This document shows, piece after piece, positions 17,866-25,808 of a stretch of 62,397 nt of DNA. The position numbers were made by a program, and so were the translations under genes. Under the pieces are notes generated by a model. That model saw only the letters and a list, made by a program, of their open reading frames with translations. It made no database searches and was not told the DNA's origin. Each line of letters begins with the position of its first letter. The stretch's first letter is position 1. The stretch is taken from positions 1,093 to 63,489 of the forward strand of contig JAZKJK010000015.1 of assembly GCA_040384365.1 (NCBI GenBank), in the 5' to 3' direction. The DNA is from Patescibacteria group bacterium (GTDB lineage: Bacteria; Patescibacteriota; Minisyncoccia; Phycocordibacterales; UBA9973).

Positions 17866-19134
17866 ATGAAATTCTCAAAAAAAGTTTTAAAGAATGGACT
17901 ACGAGTAATCACGGTGCCGATGAAAGACAACCCGACGGTGACGGTCTTGGCACTAGTGGAAACTGGTTCTAAATATGAGAGAAAGGAGGTGAATGGGATT
18001 TCGCACTTTTTAGAGCATATGTGCTTCAAGGGCACTTCAAAAAGGCCAAAAGCCGTTGATATTTCAAAGGAATTAGACGCTCTCGGTAGTCAGTATAATG
18101 CTTTCACTGCCCAAGAATATACAGGATATTATGCCAAATCTGATGCTCGGCATTTCAAGCAGATTTTTGATATTGTGTCGGATATTTATTTAAATTCAAC
18201 CTTTCCCGATGCCGAAATGCAAAAAGAAAAAGGGGTGATTATTGAAGAAATAAATATGTACGAAGACATGCCTCATAGGCACGTGCAGGACTTGATGATG
18301 AAGCTACTTTATGGAGATCAGCCAGCTGGCTGGAACATCGCGGGTGAAAAGAAAAATATTTTAAATATGAAACGAGAAGATTTCATTGATTATCACCAGA
18401 AGCAGTATCTGCCAGAAGCGACTGTGCTAATAGTCGCGGGGCAGGTGACAGAGAAAGAAGTGATGAGTGAAGTAAAAAAGATTTTTGGTCAAGTTTCGCG
18501 TGGCAAGAAGGGTAGTAAACTAAAAGTAAAAGAAAAACAGGAAAAACCGCAAGCCCTGATTAATTTTAAGCAGACAGATCAGACGCATTTTGTCTTGAGT
18601 GTGCGTACTCACGATATATTTAGCAAGAAAAGCACGATTCTTTCTGTGCTCAGTGGCGTGCTCGGCGGGGGAATGAGTTCGAGGCTCTTTGTGAAGCTTC
18701 GGGAAGAGATGGGTGTGGGTTATTATGTGCGTGCCTACAACGATGCTTATACGGATCACGGATTTTTGCAAATTTCTGCTGGAGTGGATAACAAAAGAAT
18801 CGACGAAGTTATTTATGCAATTTTAGAAGAATGCCGGAAATTAAAAAACTTCAAAGTGACCGAAGAAGAATTAAATAAAGTCAAAGAATGTTTGATCGGC
18901 AACATGAAGTTATCTCTAGAATCGAGTGATGACATAGCCAACTTTTTTGGCGGACAAGAACTCTTGAAACGCGAAATCCGTGGAGCAGAAGAAAAGGCCA
19001 AAGATATACGCAAAGTCACAGCCGCTCAAATTCAAGCCCTAGCTAAAGATATTTTTGTAAATAAAAAGCTCAATCTGGCGCTCATCGGACCTTTCAAAGA
19101 AAAAGCTAAGTTTTTTAAGATACTGAAATTCTAG
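17866..19134 (+). CDS. M16-family zinc peptidase (insulinase-like)
   Basis: The inverted zinc motif HFLEHMCFKGT (HxxEH) is present. The length is typical of this family. Confidence 0.85.
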   Translation: MKFSKKVLKNGLRVITVPMKDNPTVTVLALVETGSKYERKEVNGISHFLEHMCFKGTSKRPKAVDISKELDALGSQYNAFTAQEYTGYYAKSDARHFKQIFDIVSDIYLNSTFPDAEMQKEKGVIIEEINMYEDMPHRHVQDLMMKLLYGDQPAGWNIAGEKKNILNMKREDFIDYHQKQYLPEATVLIVAGQVTEKEVMSEVKKIFGQVSRGKKGSKLKVKEKQEKPQALINFKQTDQTHFVLSVRTHDIFSKKSTILSVLSGVLGGGMSSRLFVKLREEMGVGYYVRAYNDAYTDHGFLQISAGVDNKRIDEVIYAILEECRKLKNFKVTEEELNKVKECLIGNMKLSLESSDDIANFFGGQELLKREIRGAEEKAKDIRKVTAAQIQALAKDIFVNKKLNLALIGPFKEKAKFFKILKF

Positions 19135-19233
19135 TTGTGTTTATTTTAGTTTGCAACATTGACATTGATATCTAAATAGATGTACCATTCAACCGAACAG
19201 TAGCAGCAAACCTAAACCTTGGAAGGATAGAAC

Positions 19234-19746
19234 ATGAAAAAAAGAATAGAAAGGTCGATGGTAGGGATAATTTTCCTCATCAACGGCCCAAATCTCAACC
19301 TTCTCGGCAAGCGGGATCCTGAAAAATATGGGACAGCGACCCTGGAGCAGATCACTCGTCAAGTGGCAAAGAAAGCCAGAAAACATGGTTTCGTCGTCAA
19401 GGCATTCCAGTCGAATCATTCTGGTGCATTGATTGATTTCATTCAGACACTTGGTCTTTCAGAAGCGACAGTGCTTATGAGGGGGATTGTGTTGAACGCC
19501 GGTGGACTCACTCACACGGATGTTTCCTTGCGAGACGCAGTGGACTTTGCGTCTTCAAAGGGTGTACCGACCGTTGAGGTGCATCTTTCCAATATTCATA
19601 AACGCGAAACGTTTCGGCAGGTTTCGCTTTTAACCGGAGTCTCCATTGACCAGGTCTGTGGACTTGGGGCGAGGAGTTACACAGAGGGACTCGAGAAGCT
19701 TATAACGCATTTGAAGGAAATGCGTCGTAAGTCGAAAAAGAAATAG
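19234..19746 (+). CDS. aroQ: type II 3-dehydroquinate dehydratase
   Basis: The motifs INGPNLNLLGKRDPEKYG, NAGGLTHTDVSLRDA and HLSNIHKRETFRQVS are present. An alternative start at 19258 is possible. Confidence 0.9.
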   Translation: MKKRIERSMVGIIFLINGPNLNLLGKRDPEKYGTATLEQITRQVAKKARKHGFVVKAFQSNHSGALIDFIQTLGLSEATVLMRGIVLNAGGLTHTDVSLRDAVDFASSKGVPTVEVHLSNIHKRETFRQVSLLTGVSIDQVCGLGARSYTEGLEKLITHLKEMRRKSKKK

Positions 19747-19757
19747 GCCACATCTAA

Positions 19758-19809
19758 GGGCCGGAGGAAGGGCTGATGCTTTTCATCCGGCCCTTTCTCT
19801 TTGTTTTTT
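19758..19809 (+). terminator. rho-independent terminator after aroQ
   Basis: The arm gggccgga pairs with tccggccc and is followed by tttctctttgtttttt. Confidence 0.6.
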
Positions 19810-19840
19810 ATTTTTCGTATTTTTGTGCTATCATATTTCT

Positions 19841-20914
19841 ATGATTGAAAAGAGTAACATTACTCATATTTCTATAACTACTGGCACCATCGTTCGAGTC
19901 ATATTGATTGCTTTGGGTCTATTTTTGTTGTGGTTTTTGCGAGATTTGGGTCTAGTAGTTTTGACTTCCATTGTTATTGCATCTTTTGTCGAATCAGCGA
20001 CCCCTTATTTTAGAAAAGTGAAGATGAATAGAGTGCTCGGGATTGTTCTCTTGTATGTCATCTCGCTCTTCACGCTCGCTGGCCTATTTTATCTTTTTGC
20101 GCCGCTACTCATAACTGAAATTTATAATTTCTCTACATTTATTTCAGCTTATGTGCCAAATATTTCTTTCTTGCAATATTTTCAAAATGAGGCCTTCTCT
20201 GGCGCCAAGGATATAGTCAGTACCCTCGGAAGTAATTTTTCCATTACCACTTTGTTTTCAGTTTCCAAAGCTTTTATTCTGAACCTCTCTGGAGGATTTT
20301 TCCAAATACTCTCGGTCACTTTCGGAAGCGTCTTTAATTTTATATTGATCATCCTTATTTCTTTCTATCTCTCGATGGAAGAGAGGGGCATAGAAAATTT
20401 TCTTCGACTTATTTTCCCAATTCAACACGAGGACTATGTGGTGGATCTCTGGGAACGCTCTCGCCGCAAAATTGCTCTATGGATGAAGGGGCAAGTCGTC
20501 CTGGGAGTGGTGGTCGGGGTTCTCATTTACCTAATACTCTCACTCCTCGGCATAGAGTATGCGCTGCTGCTCGCTCTGATTGCCGGAATAATGGAGCTGG
20601 TGCCTTATGGTATTTGGGTGGCTCTTATTCCAGCTTTTTCCTTCTCTTATCTTTCGGATGGAATTTCCAGCGCTTTGATGGTGGCTGGAGCTTACCTCAT
20701 CATTCACCAATTTGAAGTTTTCCTTTTTGCGCCACTGATTATAAAGAAAATAGTCGGCCTTTCACCGATTGTGATAATCCTATCTGTTTTGATAGGTTTT
20801 GAACTGGGTGGAATATGGGGAGGTGTGCTGGCTATCCCTCTCGCTGTGATAGTCATGGAATTCCTGAGCGATATTGAAAAGAACAAAACTTTAGCCAGAA
20901 CGCAGCATGGTTAA
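19841..20914 (+). CDS. AI-2E/UPF0118-family transporter (PerM-like)
   Basis: The 8-TM profile and C-terminal conserved region are typical of the family. The first ATG is at 19841; the track start at 19823 is TTG. Confidence 0.8.
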   Translation: MIEKSNITHISITTGTIVRVILIALGLFLLWFLRDLGLVVLTSIVIASFVESATPYFRKVKMNRVLGIVLLYVISLFTLAGLFYLFAPLLITEIYNFSTFISAYVPNISFLQYFQNEAFSGAKDIVSTLGSNFSITTLFSVSKAFILNLSGGFFQILSVTFGSVFNFILIILISFYLSMEERGIENFLRLIFPIQHEDYVVDLWERSRRKIALWMKGQVVLGVVVGVLIYLILSLLGIEYALLLALIAGIMELVPYGIWVALIPAFSFSYLSDGISSALMVAGAYLIIHQFEVFLFAPLIIKKIVGLSPIVIILSVLIGFELGGIWGGVLAIPLAVIVMEFLSDIEKNKTLARTQHG

Positions 20915-20928
20915 CTCGCTAATAAATA

Positions 20929-22377
20929 ATGAAAAAAAAAGATAGTTTCTATTTAACTACAACACTTCCATATGTAAATGCTCCTCTTCACATGGGTCAT
21001 GCTCTTGAGTTTGTCCGGGCTGATGTCATTGCTCGATATAAAAAACTGGCAGGGTTTGACGTTTATTTTAATACTGGTACTGATGAGCATGGAATGAAGA
21101 TATATGAGAAAGCCATTGAGAAAGGTTTGTCCCCAAAAGAATTTACCGATCAGGGGTTTGTGGTTTTCAAGGAACAATTAAATATTTTTGGGATAAGCGA
21201 TGATATTCACTTTGTGCGCACGACAGATCCGCATCATGAGCTGGCAGCTCGGGAATTTTGGAAACGAGTAAATGATAATGGTTATATTTACAAAAAAAGT
21301 TATCAAGCAAAATATTGTGTTGGTTGCGAGATCGAAAAGACCAATTCAGAATTGAATGACAAAGGGGAATGCTTGCTACATCCTGGCAGACAGCTCGAGT
21401 TGATCGATGAAGAAAACTATTTCTTCAAACTTTCTTCATTTGGAGAAAAACTTTTGAAACTCTATGAGAACCAACCCAATTTCGTCATTCCTGATTTTCG
21501 TTTGAATGAAATGAAGAATTTTATCAAGAATGGCTTACAAGATTTTTCTATTTCCAGATTAAAAGCCAAAATGCCATGGGGGATAGAGGTGCCAAATGAC
21601 AAAGAGCATGTTATGTATGTCTGGTTCGATGCTCTCACAAATTATATATCCACGTTGGGTTGGCCTGACAATTTAGAGAACTTTGAAAAATATTGGGTAA
21701 ACGGAAATCCTACTCAGTATTGTGGCAAAGACAATACTCGATTTCAATCTATCATGTGGCAAGCTATGTTGATGGCTGCTAATTTGCCAAATTCGCATCA
21801 GATCGTAGTCAACGGTTTTATTACTGGTGACAAAGGTGAGAGAATGTCTAAAACTACCGGTAACATTGTGGATCCAAGAGATATTGTAAAAGAGTACGGC
21901 ACCGACGCACTTCGATATTTTCTCTTGCGTGAAATTTCTTCTTTTGAAGATAGTCCATTTACAATGGAAAGATTCAAGGAGGCTTACAATTCTGGTCTGG
22001 CGAATGGATTGGGGAATTTAACTTCGAGAATATTAACTCTATCAGAAAAATATTTAGATAAATGTCCAGAAATACCCGAAAAATCTGATTTTACGGAATA
22101 TTTTGGTTTTTTTGAAAAATTTGACCTGAAACAGGCCACCGACTTTATTTGGAATGAAATTGGAAGTTTAGATAGGTTTATTCAAGAAACAGAACCATTT
22201 AAGGTTGTAAAAGTAGATAAACAAAAAGGGAAGGAATTGATTTCGGATATGATTCTTCGTTTGTACCAAATAGCTCGAATGCTAAATCCTATAATGCCAG
22301 AAAGCAGTGTTACTATAAAAAAATTAATCAAAGCAAACAAAAAACCAGAACAACCTTTATTTCTCAGAAAAGAATAA
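20929..22377 (+). CDS. metG: methionyl-tRNA synthetase (short form, no C-terminal tRNA-binding domain)
   Basis: Present are LHMGH (the HIGH motif), a CxxC...C zinc knuckle, and RMSKTTGN (the KMSKS motif). Confidence 0.95.
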   Translation: MKKKDSFYLTTTLPYVNAPLHMGHALEFVRADVIARYKKLAGFDVYFNTGTDEHGMKIYEKAIEKGLSPKEFTDQGFVVFKEQLNIFGISDDIHFVRTTDPHHELAAREFWKRVNDNGYIYKKSYQAKYCVGCEIEKTNSELNDKGECLLHPGRQLELIDEENYFFKLSSFGEKLLKLYENQPNFVIPDFRLNEMKNFIKNGLQDFSISRLKAKMPWGIEVPNDKEHVMYVWFDALTNYISTLGWPDNLENFEKYWVNGNPTQYCGKDNTRFQSIMWQAMLMAANLPNSHQIVVNGFITGDKGERMSKTTGNIVDPRDIVKEYGTDALRYFLLREISSFEDSPFTMERFKEAYNSGLANGLGNLTSRILTLSEKYLDKCPEIPEKSDFTEYFGFFEKFDLKQATDFIWNEIGSLDRFIQETEPFKVVKVDKQKGKELISDMILRLYQIARMLNPIMPESSVTIKKLIKANKKPEQPLFLRKE

Positions 22378-22390
22378 AAAAAATATTAAT

Positions 22391-23230
22391 ATGCCTAAAT
22401 ACATAGACATACATAGCCACGTAAATTTCAAGGCTTTTGACGCAGATAGGGATGAGGTCATAAAGCGGGCATTGGAGAATGACACTTGGGTCATAAACGT
22501 CGGCACACAGCTGGATACTTCGAGGAAGGCAGTGGAGATGGCCAATGGGTACAAAGAGGGCGTGTATGCCATTATAGGCCTGCACCCGATACATACCGGA
22601 GCTTCATATCACGATGAGAAGGAATTAGGTGAGGGCGGCAAAGAGTTTACCTCTCGCGGGGAAGTTTTTGATAAAGAATCTTACCGAAAGCTTTTGGCCG
22701 ATCCTAAAGTCGTGGCCATAGGGGAGTGTGGGTTAGACTATTACCGATGTACGCCGGACTCAATAGTCAAGCAGAAAAAAGATTTCATCAGTCAGATAGA
22801 ATTGGCGAATGAATTTAACAAGCCGCTCATGCTACATATTAGGAATAATCCTGAAAACAAAACTCCGAATGCATATTTGGATTCGTTAGAAATTTTAAAA
22901 CAGCACTCAAAGGTTAAGGGTGATGTACATTTTTTCGCTGGGACACCAGAGGAGGCCAAAGGTTTTTTGGATTTTGGTTTCGCCCTTTCTTTTACCGGAG
23001 TTATCACTTTTACTGATGATTATGATGAAGTTATCAAGAATACGTCGCTCGATATGATCATGTCAGAGACGGATTCTCCATATGTGACTCCTACTCCATA
23101 CCGAGGCAAGAGGAACGAACCTTCTTATGTGAGGGAAGTGGTAAAAAAGATTGCGAAAGTTAAAAATTTACCTGAAGAGGAAGTGGCAAAAGCTTTGGTT
23201 GCAAACGCAAAGCGAGTCTTTGGCATCTAA
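22391..23230 (+). CDS. TatD-family metal-dependent hydrolase
   Basis: Present are IDIHSHVNF at the N-terminus, GECGLDYY, and HFFAG...SETDSPY. Confidence 0.9.
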   Translation: MPKYIDIHSHVNFKAFDADRDEVIKRALENDTWVINVGTQLDTSRKAVEMANGYKEGVYAIIGLHPIHTGASYHDEKELGEGGKEFTSRGEVFDKESYRKLLADPKVVAIGECGLDYYRCTPDSIVKQKKDFISQIELANEFNKPLMLHIRNNPENKTPNAYLDSLEILKQHSKVKGDVHFFAGTPEEAKGFLDFGFALSFTGVITFTDDYDEVIKNTSLDMIMSETDSPYVTPTPYRGKRNEPSYVREVVKKIAKVKNLPEEEVAKALVANAKRVFGI

Positions 23231-23233
23231 ACT

Positions 23234-23291
23234 CCTCACCCCGCCTTCGGCACCCCTCTCCATCTCTAATGGAGAGGGGACGGGGGTGAGG
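23234..23291. repeat. nested-palindrome repeat, copy A (CCTCACCCC...CCCCTCTCCAT-loop-ATGGAGAGGGG...GGGGTGAGG)
   Basis: A perfect 11-bp inner stem pairs 23253-23263 with 23269-23279. A 9-bp outer stem pairs 23234-23242 with 23283-23291. Confidence 0.85.
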
Positions 23292-23327
23292 TTGTGTTTT
23301 TAAAAGTTTTTTGCTAATATTAAATTC

Positions 23328-23825
23328 ATGTCAGAAAGTGAGATTAAGAATGAAATATTAAAAGAAACAAGCGGAAAAGTCTATGAACTTGGCTATCTTT
23401 TGGTGCCTACAATCAAGGAAGAGGATTTAGCTGTTAGTTATGGTAATTTAAAGGAACTCGTCGCATCTTTTGGCGGTGAGATTGTTTCCGACGAAATGCC
23501 TAAGATGCTCAACCTTGCTTACACTATGCAGAAAGTTGTTTCTAATGTGCGCAGCAAGTTTAATACTGCCTATTTTGGTTGGACTAAATTTACCATGGAT
23601 TCCCAAAAGGTTTTGGAGTTGAAAAAGAGTCTGGATCTAAATCCTACCTTTGTTAGATTTTTAATCTTGAAAACAGTCAAAGAAAATACTATTGCCGCAA
23701 AAAGATTTGTACGAGGCGAAACATACAAGAGACCAACAACAAAAAAGAGTACTGAAAATGAAATAGTTACTCCTATCAATAAGGAGGAAATAGATAAAGA
23801 GATAGACGCATTAGTCGCGGTATAA
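23328..23825 (+). CDS. rpsF: 30S ribosomal protein S6 with C-terminal extension
   Basis: It occupies the first position of a conserved rpsF-ssb-rpsR arrangement. The N-terminal S6-like pattern is YELGYLLVP. Confidence 0.8.
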   Translation: MSESEIKNEILKETSGKVYELGYLLVPTIKEEDLAVSYGNLKELVASFGGEIVSDEMPKMLNLAYTMQKVVSNVRSKFNTAYFGWTKFTMDSQKVLELKKSLDLNPTFVRFLILKTVKENTIAAKRFVRGETYKRPTTKKSTENEIVTPINKEEIDKEIDALVAV

Positions 23826-23832
23826 TAAAATT

Positions 23833-24288
23833 ATGTTTTTAAACAAAGCAATTTTAATAGGGAATCTGACTCGAGACCCAGAACTCAAATCACTGCCATC
23901 CGGCATCAAGGTTTGTTCTTTTTCTATCGCGACTAATCGGGTCTGGAAAGACAAGAACGGCGCGCGTCAAGAGGCGGCGGATTATCACAATGTTGTGGTT
24001 TTCGGACGCCAAGCCGAGACAGTCGCTCAGTACATGAAAAAGGGAAGCTCTATATTAGTGGAAGGCAGAATGCAGACGAGAAGTTGGGAAGACAAGACAT
24101 CAGGTGAAAAGAAATATCGCACTGAAGTCATCGCGGATCGTACCCAATTTGGTCCGAAAGGTTCTGGGAGTGGTAGTGCAGGAGGAGCTCCAAGTGCGCC
24201 GAAAGAAGGAAATACTAAGAGTAATGAAGGATCTGATACGATAGAATACCCAGAAGAAGACATTAGTCCTGAAGACATTCCATTTTAA
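23833..24288 (+). CDS. ssb: single-stranded DNA-binding protein
   Basis: The OB fold reads LNKAILIGNLTRDPEL...YHNVVVFGRQAE. A Gly-rich linker and an acidic C-terminal tip (EDIPF) follow. Confidence 0.95.
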   Translation: MFLNKAILIGNLTRDPELKSLPSGIKVCSFSIATNRVWKDKNGARQEAADYHNVVVFGRQAETVAQYMKKGSSILVEGRMQTRSWEDKTSGEKKYRTEVIADRTQFGPKGSGSGSAGGAPSAPKEGNTKSNEGSDTIEYPEEDISPEDIPF

Positions 24289-24373
24289 CTTTACAAACTT
24301 TACAAACTTTACAAACTTTACAAACTTTATAAACTTTATAAACTTTACAAACTTTATAACTTTTAACTTTACA
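24287..24373. repeat. 9-bp tandem repeat (AACTTTAYA), 8 contiguous units plus one more after a 6-nt break
   Basis: Read directly from the sequence. Contiguous units span 24287-24358 and a ninth unit is at 24365-24373. The array begins inside the ssb stop codon. Confidence 0.9.
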
Positions 24374-24383
24374 ACTAATTAAT

Positions 24384-24584
24384 ATGAGACAAGATTACTT
24401 TTCAGCTAACAATATAAAATTCATAGATTACAAGGATGTGGAAATCCTGAAGAAATTTCTGAACCCTAACGGCAAGATCATGAGTCATAAAAGAACTGAC
24501 ATAACTGCTAAAAATCAACGCGCTCTGGCCGCTGCCATCAAACACGCTCGTTTCCTTGGCCTTCTGCCTTTCGTAGTTAAGTAA
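24384..24584 (+). CDS. rpsR: 30S ribosomal protein S18
   Basis: The sequence IDYKDVEILKKFLNPNGKIMSHKRTDITAKNQRALAAAIKHARFLGLLPF matches S18. Confidence 0.9.
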   Translation: MRQDYFSANNIKFIDYKDVEILKKFLNPNGKIMSHKRTDITAKNQRALAAAIKHARFLGLLPFVVK

Positions 24585-24703
24585 AAACTCTTTCTTGGCG
24601 TACTTTTTAGAAAGCAATCTATCTGGCATTGCTACGCCAGCGAACTGCTCGGCTCGTCAGCCTGCGCAAGGCTTTCTAAAAAGTACGCCTGCAACGAGTT
24701 TTT
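24585..24703. repeat. about 120-bp structured inverted-repeat element, copy 1
   Basis: The outer arms ggcgtactttttagaaagc and gctttctaaaaagtacgcc form a perfect 19-bp stem, and aaaactc pairs with gagtttt. Two internal hairpins are present. The element fills the whole rpsR/efp convergent spacer. Confidence 0.85.
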
Positions 24704-25283
24704 AAACCCGCTCCACGTATTCTCCAGTTTGAGTGTTTACGCTTATGACATCACCTTCGGCGATGAACATTGGAGCATTTAGATTTGCGCCGTTTTCTAA
24801 AATGATGACTTTGATTCCTCCCTTGGAGGTGTCTCCACGGACAGCAGGGGGAGCTTCTTTAACTTTGAAATTCATTTTGATAGGCAGGGTGACCTTGATG
24901 ATTTGCTCAACCTCATCCTCATTTTCCCAGACCACTGCTTCTACATTGCTATTTTGTTTTAAGAATCTTACGGCATCGCCTATGAGTGATTCCTCGAGCT
25001 TGAATCTCTTGCTCTTGTCCTCTACATCACAGAACCAATACTCACCTTTGTTGTGATACAAGAAGGTGATAGGTTTTTTCATAATATCAGCTTCATCCGC
25101 TGATTCCGAGACGTGAAAAGTCGCGTTGATGGTCTTACCGGAAATCAAAGTCTTGAGCTTCACTTGATTTTGAGGCTTTCTTTGCTGAGTGCGGGCGACA
25201 TGTGACTCGATGACTTCACAAGGCTCACCATCGTAAATGATGATCTTTTTCTCCCGTATTTCGTTGTATTCAAGCTTTGACAT
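24702..25283 (-). CDS. efp: elongation factor P
   Basis: The sequence HVARTQQRKPQNQVKLKTLISGK and the three-domain length are characteristic of EF-P. Confidence 0.95.
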   Translation of the reverse strand: MSKLEYNEIREKKIIIYDGEPCEVIESHVARTQQRKPQNQVKLKTLISGKTINATFHVSESADEADIMKKPITFLYHNKGEYWFCDVEDKSKRFKLEESLIGDAVRFLKQNSNVEAVVWENEDEVEQIIKVTLPIKMNFKVKEAPPAVRGDTSKGGIKVIILENGANLNAPMFIAEGDVISVNTQTGEYVERV

Positions 25284-25320
25284 ACGGATATACTAGCAGA
25301 AAAAGGATTAAAATCAAATT

Positions 25321-25390
25321 CCCTCACCCCTGACCCCTCTCCATTAATTATGAATGGAGAGGGGGTGGATGCGAAGCAGACGAGGTGAGG
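25321..25390. repeat. nested-palindrome repeat, copy B
   Basis: The outer arm cctcacccc (25322-25330) has its partner ggtgagg at 25384-25390. The 12-bp inner stem is cccctctccatt/aatggagagggg. Confidence 0.85.
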
Positions 25391-25403
25391 TTATAATAAA
25401 TTT

Positions 25404-25748
25404 GTGGCTAAGTTGAGAACAATAATCAAAGCAAGATATTTACGTAAAGAAGAAACCCAAACAGAAAAAGTGCTTTGGGAAAAAATCAGAAATAATAAAC
25501 TTGGCGTAAAGTTTAGGAGGCAACACCCCTTAGATGTTTTTGTTATTGATTTTTATGCACCCTCCATAGGAATTGCAATAGAATTAGACGGGTCTTTTCA
25601 TAGAGAGAACAAAGAATATGACCGAATGAGAACAGACTATTTAAATTCAAAAAATATAAAGGTTATAAGATTTTGGAATAATGAAATAGAAAAAGATTTA
25701 GAAGAAGTGCTAAATACAATCAGAAAGGAAATAAAAGAACTTCTGTGA
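25404..25748 (+). CDS. DUF559 endonuclease-domain protein (Vsr-like fold)
   Basis: The pattern LRKEETQTEKVLWEKIRNNKLGVKFRRQHPLDVFVIDFY...IELDGSFH...IRFWNNEI is typical of DUF559. The start is GTG, and an in-frame TGA lies 18 nt upstream. Confidence 0.8.
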   Translation: MAKLRTIIKARYLRKEETQTEKVLWEKIRNNKLGVKFRRQHPLDVFVIDFYAPSIGIAIELDGSFHRENKEYDRMRTDYLNSKNIKVIRFWNNEIEKDLEEVLNTIRKEIKELL

Positions 25749-25808
25749 CCTCTCTTCAACCCTCTCCATAAATCAATTTATGGAGAGGGGAATAAAAGGG
25801 GTGAGGTC
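25748..25808. repeat. nested-palindrome repeat, copy C (degenerate outer arms)
   Basis: The inner stem ccctctccataaat/atttatggagaggg pairs 25760-25773 with 25776-25789. The outer arms are gacctc and gaggtc. The element fills the DUF559/recA convergent spacer exactly. Confidence 0.8.

Noticed and set aside
20479-20715. A 78-aa Gly/Arg-rich ORF in an alternative frame inside the AI-2E transporter gene.
   Set aside because: It is a same-strand, off-frame ORF within a well-supported membrane-protein gene, and it has no independent signals.
24287-24373. Whether the tandem repeat could be a CRISPR array.
   Set aside because: The units are 9 bp and directly abutting, with no spacers, and there are no cas genes in the window. 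It is a microsatellite.
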